Shown here piece after piece: positions 10,018-21,981 of a DNA stretch of 32,000 nucleotides (positions within the stretch are counted from its first letter, which is position 1; each line of letters opens with the position of its first letter). The notes beneath the pieces were generated by a model that was not told where the DNA came from, made no database searches, and saw nothing but the letters and a program-made list of their open reading frames with translations. The stretch lies in the NCBI GenBank assembly GCA_017442305.1, contig JAFRZY010000006.1:95880-127879 (forward strand), read 5' to 3'. A program made the translations under genes and the position numbers. The stretch comes from Bacilli bacterium (GTDB lineage: Bacteria; Bacillota_I; Bacilli_A; RF39; UBA660).

Positions 10018-11757
10018 TTATAGTACAGCTAGCAAAACAAACAATACTGCTAAAATTACTAGAATACTTAATAAGAAAATCCATGCATATTTAAACCATG
10101 ATTTATAATCTAACTTAGTATAAGTTAAACCAACCATTAGTAATACACTTGTAGGTGCTACTAATTGTAGGAATCCATATACTAATAAGTAGATTAAGAA
10201 TATGATTGTTAATGCAACAGCGCCAAAGCTTGATACTAAATATGCTCCAACAGAATATCCTGTGTAACCTAAATCAACATGGAATAGATTTGTGATAACT
10301 GCCGCTAAAACTGTTTTTGCAACGCTAAATTCAGTAGTAACATTTACATCTGGAACTCCGTTTCCGTCAGAATCATAATTTAAACTTGAAATACCAACGA
10401 TATCTTCAGCTAATTCTTTATCAGTTTTAGATATTTCACCATCAGCATCAAAGTCTAAATTCTTATCTGGATATCCATCTTTGTTGGTATCACAGTTTAG
10501 ATCACATTTACCATCTTTATCTGTATCTTGATTAATTAAATTATAATCAGCTTCAAAGTCATTATTTGTATCGATATTGAAATATGCAGATCCACTACCT
10601 TTGTAATCTAAGTTAATACTAGGAGTTTCAGATACTGGTAATAATTTTGCAGTAATTGTTGGCATTACTGGAGTCATATATAGCCCAATAAATGCAGCAT
10701 ATACTCCAACTAACACTAATACTGGTTTACCAATTCTAATAAATCCATTTCCAATATTTGCTAAATAATCACTGAAATTTACTTTACAAATAATAGCTAC
10801 AACAATAGATGCAATAAATAATAATGTACATAAAGTGAATAAATCCCAAGCACCAAAAGCATTTGCTGCAGTACCTAAGATGTAAGCAAATATAGTAATA
10901 TCTTTTCCAATAGTTAATTCTGTTAACCATGTATGGAAATCATTAAATACTTCTATTCCAAATCCACCTGACCAATTTATTATACCTAAAAGCGAAATAA
11001 CAGATACTATTGCTAAAACAATAATAAGTGGTAAAGTTTTAACTTTTTTGTCTGTATTATTTTCTACCTCAAATAGATCTTCTTTAGATTCTTCTAATTT
11101 CTTATTACCTAGTACTTTTTTTGCGTGTAATACATTAAAGAAATTAAATAATACTAACGAAACTAATAAAATTACGCTTCTAATTATTAATGTTGACCCT
11201 AGTACATCAGTTCCTAAATTTCCTGCATAGTAATTGTTGAATGCAATTAAACTATCAGTACCAAATGTAGCACCCAATATACCAATTAGAATTGAACCAA
11301 ATGTAGCTGCAAAAACAGACATTCTATCTAATTTCATTTTAAATAATATTGAAACTAAGAATGGAACAAATAGTAATATAGCATATGCAGATGTACTAAT
11401 TGATGTTAACCCAGCAACAATTACTGATGTAACTACTAAAGAAACAATTTCCTTCCCTTTTAATTTTTTGGCAATGCTAGTAGTTATTTTTTGATATGCA
11501 CTAGTTTTAGATAATAGTCCATAAAATCCACCTAAGATAAGTAAAAATGTTACTTTATCAATAGCGAAATAAGCACCATAATAACCTAAAGTAGTTAAAT
11601 CGGTTAATCCTAAACGATTCATTCCATACTCATAATAAGTAGCTCCTGAAAAATATCCGTAAGGTATAAACCAAGTCAAAATAACTGCTATTAAAATCAT
11701 TGCGCCAATAGCTTTAGCTATGTCATTTTTAGATATGTTTTTCCAAAAATTCTTCAT
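10018..11757 (-). CDS. polytopic membrane transporter, YfcC/DcuC-family-like, with an inserted acidic Ca-binding-like loop
   Basis: 579 aa with more than 10 predicted TM helices. The N-terminus (ILTWFIPYGYFSG) is reminiscent of YfcC-type carriers. About 100 aa of DxDxDG repeats are inserted near residues 378-480. AGGAGG RBS. Confidence 0.55.
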   Translation of the reverse strand: MKNFWKNISKNDIAKAIGAMILIAVILTWFIPYGYFSGATYYEYGMNRLGLTDLTTLGYYGAYFAIDKVTFLLILGGFYGLLSKTSAYQKITTSIAKKLKGKEIVSLVVTSVIVAGLTSISTSAYAILLFVPFLVSILFKMKLDRMSVFAATFGSILIGILGATFGTDSLIAFNNYYAGNLGTDVLGSTLIIRSVILLVSLVLFNFFNVLHAKKVLGNKKLEESKEDLFEVENNTDKKVKTLPLIIVLAIVSVISLLGIINWSGGFGIEVFNDFHTWLTELTIGKDITIFAYILGTAANAFGAWDLFTLCTLLFIASIVVAIICKVNFSDYLANIGNGFIRIGKPVLVLVGVYAAFIGLYMTPVMPTITAKLLPVSETPSINLDYKGSGSAYFNIDTNNDFEADYNLINQDTDKDGKCDLNCDTNKDGYPDKNLDFDADGEISKTDKELAEDIVGISSLNYDSDGNGVPDVNVTTEFSVAKTVLAAVITNLFHVDLGYTGYSVGAYLVSSFGAVALTIIFLIYLLVYGFLQLVAPTSVLLMVGLTYTKLDYKSWFKYAWIFLLSILVILAVLFVLLAVL

Positions 11758-11798
11758 TCTTTAACCTCCTTATTACGATTATATCACTAAAATATTGC

Positions 11799-11847
11799 AA
11801 AAAAAAGAGTTTTATGTCGTTTAATATTAATTAAACTACATAAAACT
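11799..11847 (-). terminator. rho-independent terminator of lysS
   Basis: Long interrupted hairpin: outer stem agttttatgt / acataaaact, inner stem gtttaat / attaaac. It is followed by C-T8 on the minus strand. Confidence 0.7.
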
Positions 11848-11850
11848 ATT

Positions 11851-13332
11851 TTAATTTCTATTTTTCATAGTTGGGAATAAAATTACATCTCTAATTGACT
11901 CAGATTCAGTAAATAACATACATAGTCTGTCAATTCCATAACCTATTCCACCTGCTGGTGGCATACCATATTCTAATGCTTCGATAAAGTCCATATCAAT
12001 ATCATTGGCTTCATCATTTCCTAAATCTCTTTCTTTTAATTGATTTTCAAATCTTTCTAATTGATCTATTGGATCGTTAAGCTCTGTATAAGCATTAGCA
12101 AACTCTTTTCCACCAATAAATAATTCAAATCTATCAACAAATCTTGGATCTTCTGGATTCTTTTTAGTAAGTGGTGAAATTTCCACTGGATGACCATATA
12201 GAAATGTAGGTTGAATTAATGTTTCTTCAACATATTTTTCAAAGAAAGCATTTATTATATGGCCAACACTAAAGTGTTCTTCAACTTCAATATTATGCTC
12301 ACTAGCTAATTTTTTAGCTTCTTCTAGTGTCATTTCATTTTTAAAATCAATACCAGTTTGTTCTTTAATTGCATCTACCATACTAATTCTTTTCCAAGGT
12401 CCTTCAAGATTAATTTCGTCGCCACACCAATTATATGTCATTTTACCCATTACATCACGAGCAATAGTAGTAAACATACCTTCAGTTAAATCCATCATAC
12501 CTTCTAAATCAGAGTACGCTAAATATGCTTCCATTAATGTAAATTCCGGATTATGTTTTGGATCCATTCCTTCATTTCTAAATACTCTACCGATTTCATA
12601 AACCGCTTCCATACCACCAACTAATAATCTTTTTAATGGTAATTCTAAAGCAATTCTTAAATACATATCTAAATCTTGGGTATTATGATGTGTTATAAAT
12701 GGTCTAGCTGATGCGCCTGTAAGTAGAGTTGTTAATACTGGAGTTTCAACTTCGGTAAAACCTTGGTTATCCATATAATTTTGAATACATCTGATAATCT
12801 TTGGACGAGTAAATGCAATATTTTTTGCTTCTTCATTCATTATTAAATCAACATAACGTCTTCTATATCTTTCCTCGATATCAGTAAGCCCATGGAATTT
12901 TTCTGGTAATGGTCTTAAAGACTTTACTAAATGGGTATATTCTAAACATTTAATAGTAACTTCTCCAGTCTTAGTTTTCATAACTTTACCATATACCCCA
13001 ACAATATCTCCTAAATCTGCTGTTTTAAATAAATTATAAGCGTCTTCTCCGATATCATTTATAGATATATATATTTGAATTTTTTCTGTTTTGTCTTGGA
13101 TTGTAAAAAATGAAGCTTTTCCCATTTTTCTAATAAACATTATACGCCCTGCTACTTTAGCAGTATCAGTCATATTTTCGAATGCTTCGTGATCTATTTC
13201 TGCATATTTTTCTTTAATGTCTTTTGCATAATCAGTTCTTTCATATTTTTGACCAAAAGGGTCCATGCCTAAACTTCTTATGTTTTCGGCTTTTTCTCTT
13301 CTTACTAATTCTTGATCTGAAAATTCTCTCAT
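11851..13332 (-). CDS. lysS: lysine--tRNA ligase, class II
   Basis: 493 aa. Typical LysS N-terminal OB anticodon-binding domain and class II core motifs ([19 protein letters not shown]). AGGAAG RBS. Confidence 0.95.
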   Translation of the reverse strand: MREFSDQELVRREKAENIRSLGMDPFGQKYERTDYAKDIKEKYAEIDHEAFENMTDTAKVAGRIMFIRKMGKASFFTIQDKTEKIQIYISINDIGEDAYNLFKTADLGDIVGVYGKVMKTKTGEVTIKCLEYTHLVKSLRPLPEKFHGLTDIEERYRRRYVDLIMNEEAKNIAFTRPKIIRCIQNYMDNQGFTEVETPVLTTLLTGASARPFITHHNTQDLDMYLRIALELPLKRLLVGGMEAVYEIGRVFRNEGMDPKHNPEFTLMEAYLAYSDLEGMMDLTEGMFTTIARDVMGKMTYNWCGDEINLEGPWKRISMVDAIKEQTGIDFKNEMTLEEAKKLASEHNIEVEEHFSVGHIINAFFEKYVEETLIQPTFLYGHPVEISPLTKKNPEDPRFVDRFELFIGGKEFANAYTELNDPIDQLERFENQLKERDLGNDEANDIDMDFIEALEYGMPPAGGIGYGIDRLCMLFTESESIRDVILFPTMKNRN

Positions 13333-13381
13333 AAAATCACTTCCTGCAGTTATTTTAACACAAAATAACTAAATAAACATT

Positions 13382-13405
13382 AAAAAAACACCCATTTCGG
13401 TGTTT
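13382..13405 (-). terminator. rho-independent terminator
   Basis: aaacacc-catttc-ggtgttt hairpin flanked by an A-run and a T-run, downstream of the stop at 13421. Confidence 0.6.
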
Positions 13406-13420
13406 TTAAATACTTTTTTA

Positions 13421-13957
13421 TTAGATTTTGTACATTTTAGTGTTTTTTCTAGATAAAACAAATGCTCCAGCAACTAATAATACTCCAGCAGCGATAGTAA
13501 CATAAGATACTGCACTACCTGTTTTAGGATTTTCAACTTCTACATCAATTTTTTCTGCACCTGTTGGTGTAAATGTAAAACTACATGATTTAGCTAAATC
13601 TTTAATATAGTAAGTAAATTTACCTAGTTCTATTTTTTCACCAGTTTGTGCTGTTGCTGCATTAAAGCTAATTGTATTACCAGCTACTACAGCTTCAAAA
13701 GAACCTGAACCTTTAACTGAAGCTTCATCTAATTCAATATTAGATGGTTCATTAAATGCTAAATCAAATGCAAAAGAAGTTAATGATTCATTTTCTGTAG
13801 TTGTAGCAGTAAGTGTACAAGTTACAAAATTTCTTCCCTCACTATCCTTTGCTGGTTTAGTACAGCTCATTCCGTTTTCAACGCTTATAGCAGCGTTTGC
13901 TGATAATGGTAAACAAACAAATAAAGCTAAAGCAATAAAACCTAAAAACTTTTTCAT
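13421..13957 (-). CDS. secreted cell-wall-anchored protein with an NPKTG sorting signal (putative sortase B substrate)
   Basis: ORF track starts at GTG 13963. I prefer the ATG at 13957, 7 nt after AGGAG. Signal peptide MKKFLGFIALALFVCLPLSANA. The C-terminus has NPKTG, a hydrophobic helix (AVSYVTIAAGVLLVAGAFVL) and a basic tail SRKNTKMYKI. Confidence 0.7.
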   Translation of the reverse strand: MKKFLGFIALALFVCLPLSANAAISVENGMSCTKPAKDSEGRNFVTCTLTATTTENESLTSFAFDLAFNEPSNIELDEASVKGSGSFEAVVAGNTISFNAATAQTGEKIELGKFTYYIKDLAKSCSFTFTPTGAEKIDVEVENPKTGSAVSYVTIAAGVLLVAGAFVLSRKNTKMYKI

Positions 13958-14089
13958 AAACACACTCCTATTCTTTTACCCTTATTATGCTTACATTATA
14001 ACATAAAAATACTATTTTGAAATAAATTTTAATATTTTTTTATGAAAAATGTAAAGTTTATGATATTATTATAATAAGGTGGTCGACTA

Positions 14090-15664
14090 ATGAAAAAGGT
14101 GTTAATAACAATCGAAAATAATAATCTTACTTTTTCTTACAAAAAAAGTCATTCTAAAATATCTAATGATTTAATTAATACTAATATCATTAGTGATAAT
14201 GAATTAATTTTTAGCGATGAATATATAAAAGAAAACTTAAAAATAATTTCAACTTTTGTTAAAGAGTTAATTATTCAATATAATATAAATCAAGTAAACA
14301 TCAAAAATATAGAATTAACAATTTTGGTTTTAGACATTCTTAACAGAGTTGATACTATAAATTGTTTAAACATTAGCGACGATGAAACAATAACTTACGC
14401 AATATGTGAAAAATTAATAAAAATTAAAAAAATAACTTCTTTAAGCTGTTATAACATTCCAACATTTATGCTAGAACTGCTTGACCAAAACAATATAAAA
14501 GTTGTCTCTAGAAGCGAAATATTATTTACTAGTAGTTTTATGCAAGGTAATAATTTAAGTCAATTTAGCAAAATTTATTACAAAATGTCTGTAAGATTAG
14601 AACTCCCCATTTCTAAGGAAGACGAAGAAGATTTTATAACTTTTTGTAAAATTAATCACTATTTAAAAACTATTCATATAAATATCTTTAATAAGGATGG
14701 TATTGAATTTATTATTAATATTCTAAGAAAAAATAAAATTAAAAATGTAAAAATTTTGTTACATGATAATATAACAAAAGAAAGTAATGCAGAATATTTA
14801 AAAAATTTAAATAAAAAACATGCTAAAGATAAGATTTCTATAAAATTAGTGTATTCAGATAACTATTTAGAAAATAATATTTTTAATCAGTTAATTGTTA
14901 ACACATTAAAAATATGTGGGGTTATTATTGCTTCACTAGTTCTTTCTGTCATTGGATATTTAGCATTTAATAATCATATATCAATGAAACAAGTAACTGA
15001 AATTAAAAATGATTTAGATAAAGTAATTGAAGAAACTAATCCTGAAGAAGTAATCGAAGAATTAGAATTAGAACCGGAAACAGAAGAATTAAAAATTGTT
15101 AATGATTATCTTGCTACTCTTTTAACTGTTAATCCAGATACTGTGGGATGGTTAAAAGTTAATAATACTAATATTGATTATCCTGTTGTTCAAGGAAAAG
15201 ATAATAAAGAGTATTTAGAATATGATTATAATCGCGAAAAAAATCGTGATGGTTGGATATACATGGACTATCGAAATGACTCTGTTAATTTAAGCAAAAA
15301 CACTATTATCTATGGACATAACAGATATTATAGTGGTGTAATGTTTGGAACACTTTATAAAACTGCATATAAAAGTTGGTACGGCAACCCTGAAAATCAA
15401 ATTATAAAATTTGATACTTTATATGGCACAATGGAATGGCAAATATTCTCAATTTATAAAATTGATGTAACTACGGATTATTTAAAAGTTAATTTTTCAG
15501 AAGATGCAATATGGGCTGAATTTTTAAATATGATAACCGAAAGAAGCATTTATGATTTTAATATTGAAGTCGGTGTAACTGATAAAATATTAACATTGTC
15601 TACGTGTTCTTCTACACGTAATCAAAGATTAGTAATACATGCAAAATTATTAAATAAAGAGTAG
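14090..15664 (+). CDS. srtB: class B sortase with an unusually long (about 270 aa) N-terminal cytoplasmic extension
   Basis: 524 aa. TM helix near residues 270-292. The C-terminal domain has DYPVVQGKDNKEYL, IIYGHN and the catalytic TLSTC followed by R (NQRLVIHAKL), typical of SrtB. AAGGTGG RBS. Confidence 0.8.
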   Translation: MKKVLITIENNNLTFSYKKSHSKISNDLINTNIISDNELIFSDEYIKENLKIISTFVKELIIQYNINQVNIKNIELTILVLDILNRVDTINCLNISDDETITYAICEKLIKIKKITSLSCYNIPTFMLELLDQNNIKVVSRSEILFTSSFMQGNNLSQFSKIYYKMSVRLELPISKEDEEDFITFCKINHYLKTIHINIFNKDGIEFIINILRKNKIKNVKILLHDNITKESNAEYLKNLNKKHAKDKISIKLVYSDNYLENNIFNQLIVNTLKICGVIIASLVLSVIGYLAFNNHISMKQVTEIKNDLDKVIEETNPEEVIEELELEPETEELKIVNDYLATLLTVNPDTVGWLKVNNTNIDYPVVQGKDNKEYLEYDYNREKNRDGWIYMDYRNDSVNLSKNTIIYGHNRYYSGVMFGTLYKTAYKSWYGNPENQIIKFDTLYGTMEWQIFSIYKIDVTTDYLKVNFSEDAIWAEFLNMITERSIYDFNIEVGVTDKILTLSTCSSTRNQRLVIHAKLLNKE

Positions 15665-15682
15665 ATTTTAACTACTCTTTTT
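15656..15682. terminator. bidirectional hairpin terminator between convergent genes
   Basis: 9-bp stem aaagagtag / ctactcttt with a 7-nt loop and T-run. It overlaps the sortase stop codon. Confidence 0.6.
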
Positions 15683-15692
15683 CTTATGTTAA

Positions 15693-16769
15693 TTAGTTTT
15701 TCATAATTTCTAAATTATTTTTTATTCTTTCATTATTAGGATTTAATTTATTAGCTATCTCACAGTATTTAATTGCTTCTTGTTTTTTACCTATAGCATA
15801 AGCATTAACGCTCATTAAATCATATATAAAATAATTCCAACAAAATTCTTCATTTATATATGAATTGCTCTTATTAGGAATTTTTAAAGCTTTGTTTAAT
15901 AAATCATACGAATTATTGTAATTCTCTTTCATATATTCCAAGTATGCTTTTTCGACATAAGCTTCTCTTAAATTTGGTTCCTCTAAAATTGCTTTATCAT
16001 ACCACATACTAGCTTCTTCTAATCGATTTAAACCTATATAACTTCTAGCTATAAAACGCATAGAAGCACATCTTTCGGGCTTCCATGTTGCTTTTGGCAT
16101 CTTTAAATGTTTTATCAAGGTATCAATACTTTCATTCCACTTATGATAAAACATATATTCTCTGCCTAAATAATGCATATTTCGATCATCTTCTGGATCT
16201 TCTAAAACGCTCATTTCTAAAAGTGGCAGATAAGAACTTCTAGATTTAGAATTATCAGCATAATGATTAAGCAAAATATTGTCACACGTTTTTTCGTTTT
16301 CTTTATTATCTCCTATATAAGTCAAAACCTCGTGTACAGGATGAGTCCATTTATATTCATGTCGACCGTGAATTTTATTAATATAAAATGAAGTTGCCGG
16401 GTTACCATACTCATCAAAATTCCAATTATAATTATATCGCAATCTAGTTACTCCTTCATCCCAACATGCTTCGACTTTATCTCGCCATCCGCTTAAAAAG
16501 ACTTCATCTAAGTCGGTACAAACACAAATATCTATGTCATCAGGTACTAATTTTAATGACTCATTTCTTGCTTTATCAAAACGCCATGGCGTAATATTAA
16601 TAGATGTTACTTTAACTCCCATTTCTTTTAATTTTTTAACAGTATTATCTGTTGAACCTGTATCTGCTACAACAATTAAATCTGCCTCTTTCATCGAATT
16701 AACCCAACGCTCAACAAATTTTTCTTCGTTTTTGCAAATTGCATAAACACAAACTTTATATTTTTTCAT
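15693..16769 (-). CDS. glycosyltransferase (GT2-like) fused to TPR repeats
   Basis: ORF track starts at TTG 16781. I prefer the ATG at 16769, 7 nt after GGAGG. The N-terminus VYAICKNEEKFVERW...VVADTGSTDNT...TDLDE is GT-A-like with a DxD motif. The C-terminal half carries TPR-like helices. Confidence 0.75.
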   Translation of the reverse strand: MKKYKVCVYAICKNEEKFVERWVNSMKEADLIVVADTGSTDNTVKKLKEMGVKVTSINITPWRFDKARNESLKLVPDDIDICVCTDLDEVFLSGWRDKVEACWDEGVTRLRYNYNWNFDEYGNPATSFYINKIHGRHEYKWTHPVHEVLTYIGDNKENEKTCDNILLNHYADNSKSRSSYLPLLEMSVLEDPEDDRNMHYLGREYMFYHKWNESIDTLIKHLKMPKATWKPERCASMRFIARSYIGLNRLEEASMWYDKAILEEPNLREAYVEKAYLEYMKENYNNSYDLLNKALKIPNKSNSYINEEFCWNYFIYDLMSVNAYAIGKKQEAIKYCEIANKLNPNNERIKNNLEIMKN

Positions 16770-16849
16770 ATAATCCTCCAAAATATTCTATGCAAACATT
16801 GATAAAAAGTTAAATTTATAAGCAATTTGCTCTTACTGTTTACCTCTTA

Positions 16850-18749
<1,900 letters not shown>

Positions 18750-18799
18750 TTTATCAGCCCCTTTTATTATATCTATTAATAATTATAGCTATTTATAAA

Positions 18800-18826
18800 T
18801 AAAAAATCAAGTTTTTATCTTGATTT
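18800..18826 (-). terminator. possible rho-independent terminator
   Basis: aaatcaag / cttgattt stem with a 7-nt loop overlapping the gene's 3-prime end. A T-rich tract follows on the minus strand. Confidence 0.4.
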
Positions 18827-19417
18827 AATTTCATTAACGTAGTACTCAACCGTTTTATACCAATTTGGATTTTCAGCATATTTTTTATTCATTTGTTTAG
18901 GAGTTGTTAATCCCTTTTTGTAATAATTATTTGAAAGGTTTTTAAAAAATGCTTCTATCCCAGCGTCTAAACTATCAAATTTAGCATATGCTGAGCCGGA
19001 ACACTTATTTTTACCTTTCATTCCACCAATGTTATTACATTTTTTAACTAATTTACTACAATTCCATTTACAACCAGTTTCTAAAAGTACTATAGAGGTA
19101 GCGACATACGGGTCAACCTCATATTCTAATGAATATTTTGCAAAAGTTTTTCCATACCCTTTTAATGTTGAGTTTAAGTTGTTATCTAATCTTTGACTTA
19201 ATTCATCAATAGTTAAGCCATCATAGACTATTTTTTCTTCTTTGTCATGTACATCAACCATTTTTAAGGCTTTTTTTGAATTATAGTTTATTTCAATATT
19301 TACATCATTTGTTTTTTTTGCATCACCTTTAATATTTAGTGATGAAACTGTTATATTTATTAATAAAGTAACGACAAACATCATTAAAACTAACTTTGTC
19401 GATCGATATTTTTTCAT
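18815..19417 (-). CDS. secreted N-acetylglucosaminidase-domain (GH73-like) peptidoglycan hydrolase
   Basis: ORF track starts at TTG 19435. I prefer the ATG at 19417 after GGAGGAG. N-terminal signal or TM helix. SIVLLETG...NNIGGMKG...FDSLDAGIEAFFKNL resembles the glucosaminidase (PF01832-type) core. Confidence 0.7.
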   Translation of the reverse strand: MKKYRSTKLVLMMFVVTLLINITVSSLNIKGDAKKTNDVNIEINYNSKKALKMVDVHDKEEKIVYDGLTIDELSQRLDNNLNSTLKGYGKTFAKYSLEYEVDPYVATSIVLLETGCKWNCSKLVKKCNNIGGMKGKNKCSGSAYAKFDSLDAGIEAFFKNLSNNYYKKGLTTPKQMNKKYAENPNWYKTVEYYVNEIKSR

Positions 19418-19608
19418 TATAAATTTCTCCTCCAATTTAACGGAACGTGCATTATAATACCAAAAAAATTAAAAAAAGTCAAATTTTAGCGAACTCAAGT
19501 TCGTTTAATTGCTATAAAAGTGTCTAAAAATGCCTAAATAGTTGGCTTTTTATTGCGAATAAAAAAGTAATCATAATATAATTATATTAAGATAATTGAG
19601 GAGTTTTT

Positions 19609-20991
19609 ATGAAAGAAAATATAGTAAATAAGTATAAAAATGTTTTTATGATAGGTATCGGCGGTATAAGTATGAGTGGTATTGCCGAAATAATTAAAGC
19701 TTGGGGTATAAATATTAGTGGCTCAAACAATACAGAATCAAAGATTACCAAACATTTAATGGATATTGGAATAGATGTTAAAATAGGTCATGATGAAAGA
19801 AATATTACTAATCAAGACTTGGTTATTTATACAGCAGCTATACCAGTAGATAATCCAGAATTACAAAAAGCAAAAGAATTAGGTATTCCTACTATGGAAA
19901 GAGCAGATTTTGTCGGAGAAATGACAAAATACTTTGATGAAACTATTTGTATTTCTGGAACTCACGGTAAAAGTACCACTTCCTCAATGATTTCAAGTTG
20001 TTTTTTACAAGCTAAATTAGACCCAACTATTCAAATTGGGGCTGAATTAAACTTAATAAATGGTAATTTTCATGTTGGAAAAAATAAATATTTTATTTTA
20101 GAGGCTTGTGAATATGTAGATAGTTTTTTAAAGTTTTATCCTAAAACTGAAATAATCCTAAATATTGATAATGATCATTTAAATTATTTTAAAAACTTAG
20201 ACAATATAAAAAAATCATTTACTAAATATATTAATTTGCTTCCAGCTAATGGTTTACTAATTATCAATGACGATGATGAAAATTGTAAAGATATATACAA
20301 AGATTGCAAAGGTAAAATTATTAAATACAGTATCAAAAATAATACAGCAGATTACTACGCTACAAACATTAAGTTTAATGATTTAGGATTCCCTACTTTT
20401 GATGTTTATCACAATTGTAAATATTATCTTACTGTTACATTAAGTGTATTAGGCATTCACAATGTTTCTAATGCTTTAGCAACTGTAGCGTTATGTAACG
20501 AATATAAAATCGATAATGCAAGTATTATTGAAGGTTTAAAATCATATACTGGTGTTGGAAGACGATTTGAATATATAGGAACATATAATGAAAATGTTTT
20601 AGTTTACGATGATTATGCTCACCATCCTACCGAAATAGCAACGACTGTAGACTCAGTAAATTGTATCAAGCATCGTAAGTCATGGGCTATATTTCAGCCA
20701 CATACTTATAGTAGAACCAAAGAGCATTACGAAGAGTTTGGTCATATTTTAGCTAATTTTGATTACATTATTATTGCTGAAATTTATGCAGCAAGAGAAA
20801 CTAATATTTATAATATTAAAGAAGAAGATATAGTTAGTGTAATAAAAAGAACTAATCCTAATGCTAAAGTAATTTTAAAATATGATGATATTGTTGCTTA
20901 TTTAAAAGAAAACGTTAAGCCTGATGATTTAGTAATCACAATCGGTGCTGGACCTGTTAATGAAGTAGGATTAAAGTTAATCAACAACTAA
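19609..20991 (+). CDS. murC: UDP-N-acetylmuramate--L-alanine ligase
   Basis: 460 aa. N-terminal GIGGISMSGIAEI Rossmann motif, Mur ligase P-loop GTHGKSTT, DDYAHHPTEI motif. Confidence 0.9.
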   Translation: MKENIVNKYKNVFMIGIGGISMSGIAEIIKAWGINISGSNNTESKITKHLMDIGIDVKIGHDERNITNQDLVIYTAAIPVDNPELQKAKELGIPTMERADFVGEMTKYFDETICISGTHGKSTTSSMISSCFLQAKLDPTIQIGAELNLINGNFHVGKNKYFILEACEYVDSFLKFYPKTEIILNIDNDHLNYFKNLDNIKKSFTKYINLLPANGLLIINDDDENCKDIYKDCKGKIIKYSIKNNTADYYATNIKFNDLGFPTFDVYHNCKYYLTVTLSVLGIHNVSNALATVALCNEYKIDNASIIEGLKSYTGVGRRFEYIGTYNENVLVYDDYAHHPTEIATTVDSVNCIKHRKSWAIFQPHTYSRTKEHYEEFGHILANFDYIIIAEIYAARETNIYNIKEEDIVSVIKRTNPNAKVILKYDDIVAYLKENVKPDDLVITIGAGPVNEVGLKLINN

Positions 20992-21019
20992 AAAGAAATC
21001 GAACTATTCGATTTCTTTT
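20991..21019. terminator. bidirectional hairpin terminator between convergent murC and dusB
   Basis: 13-bp perfect stem aaaagaaatcgaa / ttcgatttctttt with loop cta. The dusB stop lies in the loop and its last codons in the stem. Confidence 0.7.
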
Positions 21020-21981
21020 TTATATGCTTCTAGAACACTTAATAATTCTTCACTTGTTTTTGTAGCACAAACTCTATTTTTCATCTCTTTACTATTTGGC
21101 ATCCCTTTTAAATAATAAAGAATGTGAGTTCTTATTTCCATAGTAGCTACTTTTTCGTTTTTATCATTTATAAGTAAATTATAATGTTCTTTAATCATAG
21201 CAAGTTTTTCACTATTGCTAATTTCTTCGGGCAATTTTCCAGTTTCTAAGTATTCTACACATTCTTTAATAAGCCATGGATTTCCTAATACTCCCCTGCC
21301 TATCATAACAGCATCGCAACCAGTTTCTTTAAGCATCCTTGCACATTCTAATGCACTTGTTACATCCCCATTACCTATTACTGGAATTTTAACAGATTCT
21401 TTAACCTTTTTAATTATATTCCAATCAGCATGACCACTATAGCCTTGAGATCTAGTTCTAGCATGAATTGTAATAGCACTAGCACCAGCTTCTTCAATAA
21501 TTTTGGCTACTTCTACAGCATTAATACTTGATTCATCCCAACCACTTCTTATCTTAACTGTTACCGGTACTTTTACGGCTTTAACTACTGCACTTACTAT
21601 TTCTCTGATTTTTTCAGGATTTTTAAGAAGAGCACTGCCAGCCTGATTCTTTATTGCCACTTTAGGCACTGGACACCCCATATTAATATCAATTATATCT
21701 GGATGCATTTTTTCTTCAACTATTTTAGCGGCACTTACAAATGATTCTAAATCACTTCCAAAAATTTGTTGGGCAATTGGACGCTCTTCTTCACTCATCG
21801 ATAACATATTAACTGTTTTTTCGTTATCGTAAACTATAGCTTTATCACTAACCATTTCAGCATAAATTAATCCAGCTCCCATACGTTTTATGATTTTTCG
21901 AAAACTAGTATTAGAAATACCAGCCATTGGTGCAAGGACTACTTTGTTTTTTATGTTTATGTTACCAATTTTAAAACTCAT
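21004..21981 (-). CDS. dusB: tRNA-dihydrouridine synthase
   Basis: 325 aa. LAPMAGISN start, DINMGCP, catalytic Cys region and TIHARTR motifs of the Dus family. Its start overlaps the stop of the upstream gene (ATGA). Confidence 0.9.
   Translation of the reverse strand: MSFKIGNINIKNKVVLAPMAGISNTSFRKIIKRMGAGLIYAEMVSDKAIVYDNEKTVNMLSMSEEERPIAQQIFGSDLESFVSAAKIVEEKMHPDIIDINMGCPVPKVAIKNQAGSALLKNPEKIREIVSAVVKAVKVPVTVKIRSGWDESSINAVEVAKIIEEAGASAITIHARTRSQGYSGHADWNIIKKVKESVKIPVIGNGDVTSALECARMLKETGCDAVMIGRGVLGNPWLIKECVEYLETGKLPEEISNSEKLAMIKEHYNLLINDKNEKVATMEIRTHILYYLKGMPNSKEMKNRVCATKTSEELLSVLEAYKKEIE

Noticed and set aside
13333-13420. T-box or other riboswitch leader upstream of lysS
   Set aside because: The intergenic space is only about 88 nt and is largely occupied by the terminator of the upstream gene. 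That is too short for a T-box, and no specifier or T-box motif was seen.
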